A model generated the notes under the pieces. It was not told the DNA's origin, did not search any database, and saw only the letters and a list, made by a program, of their open reading frames with translations. DNA of 43,985 nucleotides from Cyclobacteriaceae bacterium (lineage in GTDB: Bacteria > Bacteroidota > Bacteroidia > Cytophagales > Cyclobacteriaceae). Made by a program: the position numbers and the translations under genes. Positions 25,685 to 37,500 of this stretch are shown one piece after another (position 1 is the stretch's first letter; every line of letters begins with the position of its first letter). Location of the stretch: positions 1-43,985 of the forward strand of contig JANQST010000344.1 of the NCBI GenBank assembly GCA_028279155.1. The letters run 5' to 3'.

Positions 25685-26815
25685 CTATTGATAGTTTTCC
25701 CACCAATTGCCATACTCAACAGAATCAGGAAGGAAAAAGAGTTGACCAACTTCTGGTGTAACTATCTCAATATTTTCCTCTGAAGCTTTTTTTGTTAATC
25801 GTTCAACGGGTTCTTTCCAAGGATGCAAACTCAAATCAAACTTACCCCAGTGAATAGGCATTAAAAATTTTCCTTGTACATCTAAATGGGCTTGTGCTGT
25901 TTCTTCGGGAAACATATGGATCTCACTCCAGCCTTCATTGTATGCACCACATTCCATAAAGGTCAGGTCAAATGGTCCATACTTTTCTCCAATCTCCTTG
26001 AAACCAGGGAAATAACCACTGTCGCCACTGAAATAAAGATTTTTTGAATTTCCAGAAATAACCCACGAACCCCACAAGGTATTGAAACGATCACGAATGG
26101 CTCTTCCGGAAAAATGACGAGTAGGTGCCAATGCCAATTTCACACCGCTAACCTCCACCTCGTCCCACCACTTCAATTCTATGATATTTTCAGGCTTAAC
26201 ACCCCAATGTTCAAAATGAGCTCCTACACCCAAGGGCATATAAAACTTGTCAACCTTTCCAGCCAGTTCCTTGATTGTTGGATAGTCCAAATGATCGTAG
26301 TGATCATGAGAAATTAAAACCAGGTCAATCGGCGGAAGCTCATCCAACTCAATGTGGCGATCATAATTAAATCGTTCAGGTCCAATAAATGGAAACATAG
26401 AAGTACGCTCTCCCACGAGTACAGGATCCGTCAAAATAGTAAGTCCGTCAATACGTATTAGTAAGGTGGAATGACCAAACCAGGTAATTGCTACAACAGA
26501 ATCTGTTTCTAAAAACGCTTCTGCACTAAATGGAACGGTCGTGATTTGTTCCTGAGGTTTTCTTTCCTTTCCACTACTAAAAAGTTGTTCTTTTAAGACC
26601 TTTCTAAAGGTACTAAAGGACATATTCATTAAGGTCTCAACTGTATTCTCGAATTTTCCATCTTTAAAATTGGAAGCATTCTTCATACGTTCAAGTCTCG
26701 CTCCTTCTGGGTTGGCACCTATTTGTGGAGCTGTTTGGAAAAAAATGAAAACACTAATGAAAATGATCAGTGCCAGTGCAAGAATGGTGAGCATTACGTA
26801 CTTAAAGATTTTCAT
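25685..26815 (-). CDS. MBL-fold metallo-hydrolase (RomA / NAPE-PLD-like)
   Basis: WFGHST, ISHDHYDHLD, RHFSGR, FSGDSGY, PIHWG; N-terminal TM anchor. Confidence 0.92.
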   Translation of the reverse strand: MKIFKYVMLTILALALIIFISVFIFFQTAPQIGANPEGARLERMKNASNFKDGKFENTVETLMNMSFSTFRKVLKEQLFSSGKERKPQEQITTVPFSAEAFLETDSVVAITWFGHSTLLIRIDGLTILTDPVLVGERTSMFPFIGPERFNYDRHIELDELPPIDLVLISHDHYDHLDYPTIKELAGKVDKFYMPLGVGAHFEHWGVKPENIIELKWWDEVEVSGVKLALAPTRHFSGRAIRDRFNTLWGSWVISGNSKNLYFSGDSGYFPGFKEIGEKYGPFDLTFMECGAYNEGWSEIHMFPEETAQAHLDVQGKFLMPIHWGKFDLSLHPWKEPVERLTKKASEENIEIVTPEVGQLFFLPDSVEYGNWWENYQ

Positions 26816-26907
26816 ACAAGACTATTGCTTGAGAAGGATGAATTATCCTCCAATCACTAATGCAAAAGACGAATGTTTTGTTACATCCCGATTTGATATC
26901 TTTTCTC

Positions 26908-27123
26908 CTACGCCTCGGGTTCTTCTTTTGGAGGTGGTTCTTCTCCAGGGGGGTGTTCAAGAATGTTACCAAATTCGTCAACATAGGCCATCATATCGGA
27001 AAGGTCTCCTCCCTTCAAGTTGTTTTCCTGGCGTTCTTTTTTCTTCTCCTCTTTTTCCTTTCTCTTCTGAAGCCTTTTCTTCTCTTTCTGACTTTTTATA
27101 AAGCTGTTCTGCGATCTGCCCAT
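26908..27123 (-). CDS. Small basic protein resembling the N-terminal extension of Bacteroidota cold-shock proteins
   Basis: MGRSQNSF..KEKKRLQKRKEK...DMMAYVDEFGNI...PP pattern; downstream of the DEAD-box gene. Confidence 0.75.
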   Translation of the reverse strand: MGRSQNSFIKSQKEKKRLQKRKEKEEKKKERQENNLKGGDLSDMMAYVDEFGNILEHPPGEEPPPKEEPEA

Positions 27124-27231
27124 GTGCGGTAACGTTTAAAGTTGACAATCCAGCGAAGTTGTAAGAATATGCCTCATAGGTCAAATTCAAAAAAATCGCT
27201 TTCCAATTTTTAAAGATAACTTTTTTAAATG

Positions 27232-28914
27232 TTATCGTTTTCTCCTTTTTGATCTTCGGTGATCTTTTTTTGAAAATTTCCTTTCAGGGCGTCCCTTCTT
27301 CTTCGACTTTGGCTCTCTATCTGATCGATCTTCCCTGTTCATTCGAATACTTCTTCCATCCAAATGCACATTTCGAAACCTGGATGAAATATCGTTATCA
27401 TAACGTTTGTCAATTTCAAAATATGAGCAGTTTTTCTGTAAGCTCAGGTCTCCAAAAAATTTAGCATCAACTCGTGTGATTTCTGAAACATAAGAAATTA
27501 ATTCCTTTTTGCTCATACCGTCAATGCTTCCAATGTTTATGAAATAGCGGTTAAACCTTCCTTTATCTCTTTTTTCCGGCGATCCTCCTACTTTTTCATT
27601 TAAGTTGGACTCTTCCCCTCCTTTCACCAGATTTTCAATTTGGGAGGCAATCAGTTTTTTCAAAATATCTGATTTTGACAGGTGATCGAATTCTGACTCA
27701 ACGGCTTTGAATATTTCATTGGCCTTCTGGTTGGTTTCGGTCTTAACAATGGCTTCCACCCAGTTCTTCACTCGTTGCTCGGTGATGGATCCAACTCCAG
27801 GAACTTCGATATGTTCGAATTTCACCTTGATCTTTTTTTCCAGCTCCGTGATTTTCCTGCCCTCGCGTGGATTGATGAATGCCAGCGAGATTCCCTTTTT
27901 CCCCGCGCGACCAGTCCGACCACTTCTATGCGTGTATGACTCCAGTTGATCCGGTAATGTATGATGAAGCACGTGAGTCAAGTCATCAACGTCAATTCCC
28001 CGAGCAGCTACATCGGTAGCTACCAATAGTTGAATTGATTTTGACTTGAAGCGTTTCATAACATTGTCTCTCTGTTGTTGGGACAATTCACCATGAAGCG
28101 CCTCTGCATTATAACCTTGGCTACTCAATTCCTCAGCTATTTGTTGTGTTTCTCTTCTCGTCCGACAAAACATCACTCCTCTCATTTCAGGCTGAAGATC
28201 CAAAAAGCGGCGAAGCGCTGGTAATTTGTTTACCGTTTTGGTCATCACATATTTATGGAAAATATCTCTGTTACTTTTTTCTTCTCTGTTGATTGTGACC
28301 TCCTTCGGATGGGACATGTACTTTTTTACAATCTTCCGAATTTCCGGAGGCATCGTTGCAGAAAAAAGCCAGGTGGCTTTGAAATCTGGTGTATAGGATA
28401 GTATTTCATCAATTGCATCTTTGAAACCCATGTTGAGCATTTCATCAGCTTCATCCAAAACCACGTAGCGGATGTTGTCTAGCTTCACGGCTTTCCTTTT
28501 TATCAGGTCCAATAAGCGACCTGGGGTTGCTACCACAATTTGCGTGGGTCTTCGTAACGCCTTGATCTGGTTTAAAATCGCTGCACCGCCATAGACAACC
28601 TCAACGTTCAAATTTTTGTGATTCAAAGAAAAGTCTTCCAGTTGTTTCGCTGTTTGCTGTCCTAGCTCGCGTGTCGGGGACATAATGAGCGCCTGGGTGT
28701 ATGGCTGATCGCTATCAATAAGATCCATTAGCGGTAGTCCAAACGCTGCAGTTTTACCTGTGCCTGTCTGTGCTAATCCAATAAAATCACATGGAGCATT
28801 CTGAAGCAAAAGAGGAATTGCCTGTTCTTGAACCTGGGTGGGCTGCTCGAAACCTAGTTGATCAAGTACATCGATGGTGTTGGGTGAAAGGCCCAGCTTA
28901 GAAAAGTTACTCAA
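27232..28914 (-). CDS. DEAD-box RNA helicase (DeaD/CsdA-like, DbpA-type C-terminal domain)
   Basis: AQTGTGKT, PTRELG, TPGR, DEAD, SAT, ARGID, HRSGRTGR; TTG start; basic tail. Confidence 0.95.
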   Translation of the reverse strand: MSNFSKLGLSPNTIDVLDQLGFEQPTQVQEQAIPLLLQNAPCDFIGLAQTGTGKTAAFGLPLMDLIDSDQPYTQALIMSPTRELGQQTAKQLEDFSLNHKNLNVEVVYGGAAILNQIKALRRPTQIVVATPGRLLDLIKRKAVKLDNIRYVVLDEADEMLNMGFKDAIDEILSYTPDFKATWLFSATMPPEIRKIVKKYMSHPKEVTINREEKSNRDIFHKYVMTKTVNKLPALRRFLDLQPEMRGVMFCRTRRETQQIAEELSSQGYNAEALHGELSQQQRDNVMKRFKSKSIQLLVATDVAARGIDVDDLTHVLHHTLPDQLESYTHRSGRTGRAGKKGISLAFINPREGRKITELEKKIKVKFEHIEVPGVGSITEQRVKNWVEAIVKTETNQKANEIFKAVESEFDHLSKSDILKKLIASQIENLVKGGEESNLNEKVGGSPEKRDKGRFNRYFINIGSIDGMSKKELISYVSEITRVDAKFFGDLSLQKNCSYFEIDKRYDNDISSRFRNVHLDGRSIRMNREDRSDREPKSKKKGRPERKFSKKDHRRSKRRKR

Positions 28915-28937
28915 AAGGGATTTTTTTAGATGAGGCG

Positions 28938-28945
28938 CGAAGGTA
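28938..28945 (-). promoter_or_regulatory. -7 promoter element for the DEAD-box gene
   Basis: TACCTTCG (TAnnTTCG variant) 23 nt upstream of the start. Confidence 0.6.
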
Positions 28946-29054
28946 GACTTATTTCACAAGATGACAACCTGAAAATCAGGGATTTGTGAATTGTCAGATC
29001 CCAAATGAAATTTATCTCAATTTTCGAAACTCTTTCATTTTTCAAAACGTTTAG

Positions 29055-29078
29055 TATATTTGTGAGTGATTACTCACA
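29055..29078 (+). promoter_or_regulatory. tetR promoter with overlapping palindromic operator
   Basis: TATATTTG (29055-29062) overlapping TGTGAGT-GATT-ACTCACA (29061-29078). Confidence 0.75.
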
Positions 29079-29084
29079 TTATTA

Positions 29085-29615
29085 ATGACAGAAAAGCAGG
29101 AAAAGATAGTGAATGCCGCATTAGAGCTTTTTGCAAGAGAAGGATACAAAGCTACTTCTACGAGTAAGATCGCGAAGGAAGCCGGTGTTTCTGAAGGATT
29201 GATCTTCCGACATTATGAAAACAAAGAAGGACTCCTGGAAGCTATAATTCAGCAAGGAGAGGATCGAATCAAGTTGCTATTTGCAGATATCGTGTTGGAG
29301 ACTGATCCAAAGGAGGTTATTCGTAAAACAATAGATACGTTCAGCAAAGTCAACAAAAAGCCTGAAGAGGCCGATTTTTGGAAACTTCAGTACAAAATAA
29401 AGTGGGAGACAGAAGTATATGGAGAACATAAAGTCGAGCCATTACTAAAGGCTTTAGCCAAAGCATTTGAAGAACTAGGGTACGCTCAACCTTTGATTGA
29501 AGCACAGCTCCTGCTTTCAACTATGGACGGATTGGCTACCAGATTTTACCTGCAAAAAACGGGTTTCGATATTGAGCAACACATTGAGCTTTTAAAGAAA
29601 AAATACGAACTATAA
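29085..29615 (+). CDS. TetR/AcrR family regulator
   Basis: AALELFAREGYKATSTSKIAKEAGVSEGLIFRHY. Confidence 0.95.
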   Translation: MTEKQEKIVNAALELFAREGYKATSTSKIAKEAGVSEGLIFRHYENKEGLLEAIIQQGEDRIKLLFADIVLETDPKEVIRKTIDTFSKVNKKPEEADFWKLQYKIKWETEVYGEHKVEPLLKALAKAFEELGYAQPLIEAQLLLSTMDGLATRFYLQKTGFDIEQHIELLKKKYEL

Positions 29616-29630
29616 AAAATTTAAATACAA

Positions 29631-29648
29631 AATAAGTAAGTACTCACA
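29631..29648. promoter_or_regulatory. Second, degenerate TetR operator upstream of the SDR gene
   Basis: aaTaAGT-AAGT-ACTCACA; right half identical to the first operator. Confidence 0.55.
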
Positions 29649-29661
29649 TAATATTATAACT

Positions 29662-30474
29662 ATGAAAAAGACAATTTTAATAACAGGATCTAGTACAGGC
29701 ATAGGTAGAGCTACAGTGACCAAGTTTCATCAAGAAGGTTGGAATGTAGTTGCAACAATGAGAACCCCAGAAAAAGAAGAGGAACTAAATAAACTGGAGA
29801 ATGTTTTGGTCACAAAACTGGATGTTACAGACCTACAATCAATTGGAGATGCTGTAAGCGCCGGCATTGCCAAATTTGGAAAGATTGATGCTCTTCTAAA
29901 CAACGCTGGATATGGAGCATATGGTCCACTTGAAGCTATGCCACGAGAAAACATTGTCCGCCAATTCAACACTAATGTTATTGGGCTCCTGGATGTAACT
30001 AAAGCTGTTCTCCCACATTTCAGACAAAACAAAAGTGGAAGCATTATTAATATTTCTTCAATTGGAGGCAAGATGACCTTTCCTTTAGGCACACTTTACC
30101 ATGGAACCAAATTTGCGGTTGAGGGTATATCTGAGGCACTAAGTTTCGAGTTGGATAAAATAGGGATAAAGGTGAAAATTGTAGAGCCTGGTGCCATTGC
30201 AACCGATTTTGGCGGAAGGTCTTTTGATTTTCAAAATGATGAAAGTCTTGAAGAATATCAGCCGAGTGTTCAAGCATTATTTGGTGGTTGGGAAAAGGCA
30301 ATGGTTAATGCCTCACCTGCATCATTGGTTGCGGATATCATTTTTACGGCGGCTACTGATGATTCAGAAACACTCCGCTATAGAGCCGGTGCAGATGCAG
30401 AACAATTGCTTGACGCTCGAGCTAGTATGAGCGATGCAGATTTCATAGGTATGATAAAGAGCCAGTTCAGTTAA
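29662..30474 (+). CDS. Short-chain dehydrogenase/reductase
   Basis: TGSSTGIG, NNAGYG, YHGTK. Confidence 0.95.
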   Translation: MKKTILITGSSTGIGRATVTKFHQEGWNVVATMRTPEKEEELNKLENVLVTKLDVTDLQSIGDAVSAGIAKFGKIDALLNNAGYGAYGPLEAMPRENIVRQFNTNVIGLLDVTKAVLPHFRQNKSGSIINISSIGGKMTFPLGTLYHGTKFAVEGISEALSFELDKIGIKVKIVEPGAIATDFGGRSFDFQNDESLEEYQPSVQALFGGWEKAMVNASPASLVADIIFTAATDDSETLRYRAGADAEQLLDARASMSDADFIGMIKSQFS

Positions 30475-30484
30475 GCAATGGAAT

Positions 30485-30516
30485 GTTGGTCTTCAGATTC
30501 GCATCTGAGGGCCAAC
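30485..30516 (+). other. Intra-operon 14-bp RNA hairpin
   Basis: GTTGGTCTTCAGAT-TCGC-ATCTGAGGGCCAAC with two G-U pairs on the plus strand. Confidence 0.6.
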
Positions 30517-30542
30517 TTGTTTCAAGTCAAAGCAAAAACAAT

Positions 30543-31220
30543 ATGAAAATAATCATTACAGGAGCTACGGGAATGGTTGGAAAAGGAGTTCTTCTTGAAT
30601 GCTTAGATCATGATAAGATTGATCAGGTGTTAAGTATTGGAAGATCGCAGTTGGAAATGGAACATCCGAAATTGAAGCAGATCATTCACAGCGATTTCTC
30701 AACGTACGAGTCCATTAAGTCAGAGTTATCTGGGTATGATGCAGCTTACCTATGTATGGGAGTAAGTGCTGCAGGCTTGAGTGAGGAAAAATACACTGAG
30801 ATCACTTATTCTTATACCTTGAACCTTGCCAAGACATTGTTAGAATTAAACCCTGAAATGACATGTATTTATGTTTCAGGAGAAGGAACGGATTCTTCAG
30901 AAAAAGGAAGGTCAATGTGGGCTCGAGTGAAAGGGAAAACAGAAAATGATTTATTGGCGCTTGGCTTTCGACAAGCATTTATGTTTCGGCCTGGGGGAAT
31001 TATTCCATTACGAGGAATTAAGCCAAGTAGTAAACTCTATCGGGTTTTAATAACATATCTAAAATGGCTCATCTACCTTGTAAAAGCCTTAGCTCCAAAT
31101 TCAGTTGTGAATACTACTCAAATAGGGATTGCAATGATAAATGCTTCACTTGGTGGCTATGATAAGTCTGTACTAAAACCCAGAGATATTCTGACCCTTT
31201 CTAATCTTGATAAAGGTTAG
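30543..31220 (+). CDS. NAD(P)-binding epimerase/dehydratase-like protein (start ATG 30543)
   Basis: ITGATGMVG, YVSGEG, WARVKGKTEN, FRPG. Confidence 0.88.
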   Translation: MKIIITGATGMVGKGVLLECLDHDKIDQVLSIGRSQLEMEHPKLKQIIHSDFSTYESIKSELSGYDAAYLCMGVSAAGLSEEKYTEITYSYTLNLAKTLLELNPEMTCIYVSGEGTDSSEKGRSMWARVKGKTENDLLALGFRQAFMFRPGGIIPLRGIKPSSKLYRVLITYLKWLIYLVKALAPNSVVNTTQIGIAMINASLGGYDKSVLKPRDILTLSNLDKG

Positions 31221-31235
31221 TTAAATTGACAACCT

Positions 31236-32267
31236 ATGTATGTCTATAAAAACTTTAACCTAAAGGGAGTTATTAAGTTTTCAGGGTTTCATATGATCTG
31301 GCTGACCATCTGGTCCACGATCATGACCTCAATCTACGTGTTTACACCGTTCGAATGGTCTATTCCATGGCTACCACTTTCTGTGATCGGTACCGCTGTT
31401 GCATTCTATGTGGGCTTTAAAAACAACAGTGCTTATGACAGGCTATGGGAAGCTCGAAAAATTTGGGGCGGTATTGTGAATAGTAGCAGATCCTGGGGAG
31501 CAAATATTCGTTCCTTTATATCTTCTGTGTTTACTGAAGCCCCTGATTCAGAAACAGACGAATGGAAAAAAAAGTTGATTCACCGTCATATAGCATGGCT
31601 CTACACCTTACGTAATCAACTCCTGATACCAACGCAATGGGAACATGTTAATGTCGGGAAACATGTTAGCAAGCTAGCGAAAAGGCGAATGAAAAGATGG
31701 GGTGTTGGCTTACATGAAGATGGTGGATTCACCGAAGAAGAGTTAAAAAAATTCTTACCTCCTGATGAATATAAGCGACTCATTAATTACCAAAATACTG
31801 CAACACAAATCATTGATCAGCAAAGCCAGGACTTGCTTAAGCTCCGTGAAAAAAACTTGATAGACGATTTCCGACATATGGAGCTTCAAAAAGTATTGAA
31901 TGATTTCTACACGTTTCAGGGACAATGCGAACGAATCAAAAAATTCCCGCTGCCCAGACAATATGGAAGTATGAGCTTAATTTTTATTGGAATTTTCATT
32001 TTTTTACTGCCATTTGGAATGGTCTCGGAATTTGCGAAGCTAGGTGATTTTGGAGCATGGTTGTCAGTTCCTTTTACTGCGCTGGTAGGCTGGGTTTATC
32101 TCATGATGGAACTGGTTGGTGACTATTCCGAAAACCCTTTCGAAGGCTTGGGGAATGATATCCCAATGCTCTCACTATGCAGAACAATCGAGATTGATTT
32201 ACTTGAAATGTTGGGTGAAAAAGATATCCCATCTCCAATAGAAGTAAAAAATGGGGTTCTGATGTAG
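31236..32267 (+). CDS. Bestrophin family ion channel
   Basis: FKNNSAYDRLWEARKIWG, CERIKKFPLP, ENPFEG..ND. Confidence 0.9.
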   Translation: MYVYKNFNLKGVIKFSGFHMIWLTIWSTIMTSIYVFTPFEWSIPWLPLSVIGTAVAFYVGFKNNSAYDRLWEARKIWGGIVNSSRSWGANIRSFISSVFTEAPDSETDEWKKKLIHRHIAWLYTLRNQLLIPTQWEHVNVGKHVSKLAKRRMKRWGVGLHEDGGFTEEELKKFLPPDEYKRLINYQNTATQIIDQQSQDLLKLREKNLIDDFRHMELQKVLNDFYTFQGQCERIKKFPLPRQYGSMSLIFIGIFIFLLPFGMVSEFAKLGDFGAWLSVPFTALVGWVYLMMELVGDYSENPFEGLGNDIPMLSLCRTIEIDLLEMLGEKDIPSPIEVKNGVLM

Positions 32268-32312
32268 GGTAATTTTGGTATCCGGTGTATACGCTATCAA
32301 AAGGAATCAACT

Positions 32313-32948
32313 ATGAAATACACCGGCTTAATTTTCATCATTGCATTGATAACTCTTGGCTGTAGTGACGACCTACCCTCCTCCTTCATTCAAGTCAACA
32401 ACACATCAGGAATCAATCTTCGGGATATACAGATTGGCAATCAGTCAAAATATGTTTTGTACGAAAGCAGCTGCTCTGAGAACTTTCAATTCACTGGGGA
32501 TACACTCTTGATAGAAGTAATCACCAGAAACGATTCATTATTTCTCCAGGAAAGCTATTCTCCTGGTAGTACTCGAGAAAGAACCACTGAACATGCAATT
32601 TTCCCAATGAACGGATATGTTTTGGTCCCCCAGCGGTTCAATTCAGAATTTCTCTTCTTCTATGGAAACGACACTATCTTTCTTGATCGTCCTGCTGATG
32701 TCCAGCTTGTCCAACACGGATGCCAGTTATTGGAAAACAGCAACCCGTTTATTGGTGAATCAATCGGAACAGTTGATGAATTTCAGTTTGGACTCTATCG
32801 GGTAAACAACAAAAAAAGTATCTCTTGTGTGCCAGGTTTTTTCGACATTGATGCCTACATATTTTATGCGGATCATTTAAATGCCATCCACATCATCCGT
32901 ACTGGACTTGAAAACAATAATGTACTGGGGTTTGTAGCTATCGAGTAG
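32313..32948 (+). CDS. Hypothetical lipoprotein
   Basis: Lipobox TLGC followed by SDD. Confidence 0.7.
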   Translation: MKYTGLIFIIALITLGCSDDLPSSFIQVNNTSGINLRDIQIGNQSKYVLYESSCSENFQFTGDTLLIEVITRNDSLFLQESYSPGSTRERTTEHAIFPMNGYVLVPQRFNSEFLFFYGNDTIFLDRPADVQLVQHGCQLLENSNPFIGESIGTVDEFQFGLYRVNNKKSISCVPGFFDIDAYIFYADHLNAIHIIRTGLENNNVLGFVAIE

Positions 32949-32970
32949 TAGCCCTAAAAGATAGAAGCAT

Positions 32971-33651
32971 TTATTTCGCTTCCTGTTGCGACTTCATCTG
33001 AAATCCAATCTTATTACCAGCACCTAATACTTCTGTTTTAGCTATTTTTTGCTGAAGCGTCAGCCCTCTTATCTTTTGGAAAGGAGGGGCTACGAGATCA
33101 TTTTCCACTGCCTGGGTTATTATCAGTTGAATCAGGATGTTCAGATCGGTTGGTTCAAGTTCTTTATTAGAAACACTTTCAAACATGAAATTAATCTGAC
33201 CATCCCCTTCAACGATGAATCGATTTTCAAAATTCACCATTAATCTCGAGACGAGGTAGCCCGGATCATTCACACGATTGTATTTGAGTGAGTCAGACAT
33301 GAAATTATATACATTGATTTGTCCAAGATATTTTCGAAGCGGATTCTCCTGAACGTAATCACTTTTGTTATAAGAATAGTCGTCGCTCAAAGTGATGATA
33401 TTGGTATGAAGGAAAAAGACCAATAAATCGCCAGCAACTTTTACATGAAATTCATGCTTACTGATTTCCTCAACAGATAAAACAATGTCTTTGTCTTTGC
33501 CGTCCGTCTTAGCATTGATGTTTGCAATGACTTTTTGGGCTTCCTTTTTCAGGGACTTGAACGTATTGCAAATATTTCGATAAGTAATCTGCTTAGCTCC
33601 GGATTTGGAGGTCAGTAATTGTGCAATATGTTTTGAGGGATCTTGAGCCAT
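32971..33651 (-). CDS. Conserved hypothetical protein
   Basis: 226-aa ORF 7 nt downstream of icd; co-oriented. Confidence 0.75.
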   Translation of the reverse strand: MAQDPSKHIAQLLTSKSGAKQITYRNICNTFKSLKKEAQKVIANINAKTDGKDKDIVLSVEEISKHEFHVKVAGDLLVFFLHTNIITLSDDYSYNKSDYVQENPLRKYLGQINVYNFMSDSLKYNRVNDPGYLVSRLMVNFENRFIVEGDGQINFMFESVSNKELEPTDLNILIQLIITQAVENDLVAPPFQKIRGLTLQQKIAKTEVLGAGNKIGFQMKSQQEAK

Positions 33652-33658
33652 GAGTTAC

Positions 33659-36720
<3,062 letters not shown>

Positions 36721-36807
36721 GTCATTAAATGGAAGCGCAATTTACACAATGACAAAGGGAGATTGAAATGTGCCCTAGCTATAAATCAACTGAAAAGTCG
36801 TGTAATA

Positions 36808-37362
36808 CTATTTCCACTTAATATTACAACCCATACTTGGTAATTGTTCCTCAAGTACGGGCTGGCCATCAATCAAGGCATCTATGGCCGCACTAAGGTC
36901 TTCGCCAGTGACCGGTTCATTGTTCCCTGGGGTACTTGCATCAAACCTCCCTCGATAGACACACTTAAGATCCGAGTCAAAAAGGTAAAAATCAGGAGTG
37001 CAAGCTGCATCGTATGCTTGTGCTACTTCTTGACTTTCATCATAGAGATAAGGGAAATGAAAGCCGTGTTTTTCTGCTTGAAGTCTCAAACCTTCAGGAT
37101 TGTCTTCCGGATAGTTTTCTGCATCGTTGGAAGAAATTGCTACGAATCCAACCCCTAAGTGTTGATAGTGTCTGGCTACAATTCCCAGTTCCTCTTCAAT
37201 GTTTTTCACATACGGACAATGCGCGCAAATGAACATGACCACCAATCCTTCCTCTCCTTTTACGTCAGCGAGAGACATGCTTTTGTCAGATATTACATCC
37301 TTAAGATTGAATTCTGGTGCCTCTGTTCCAAGGGGCATCATGGTCGAGGGGGTGAGAGCCAT
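36808..37362 (-). CDS. Thioredoxin-like AhpC/TSA family protein
   Basis: FICAHCPYV, AACTPDF, YRGRFD, SMGCNIKWK. Confidence 0.92.
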   Translation of the reverse strand: MALTPSTMMPLGTEAPEFNLKDVISDKSMSLADVKGEEGLVVMFICAHCPYVKNIEEELGIVARHYQHLGVGFVAISSNDAENYPEDNPEGLRLQAEKHGFHFPYLYDESQEVAQAYDAACTPDFYLFDSDLKCVYRGRFDASTPGNNEPVTGEDLSAAIDALIDGQPVLEEQLPSMGCNIKWK

Positions 37363-37500
37363 GGCTTTGGGATTAGTTTGTTTATTTTTAACGGCTTAGA
37401 AGTCGACAATATTACACCAACTAATGAATTGCAGCTAATACTCGGCTTAATAACTTAGTCTCCGCAATCAAATAGAAGGATTTTGAAATTCAATAAACCC

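Noticed and set aside
26670-27190. Overlapping ORFs 26670-27101, 26802-26984, 26860-27132 and 26978-27190
   Set aside because: Alternative frames of low-complexity purine-rich sequence; only 26908-27123 has a recognisable motif.
28979-29002. GGGATTTG/CAGATCCC inverted repeat between the DEAD-box and tetR genes
   Set aside because: Short, imperfect and single-copy in the window; no function can be supported.
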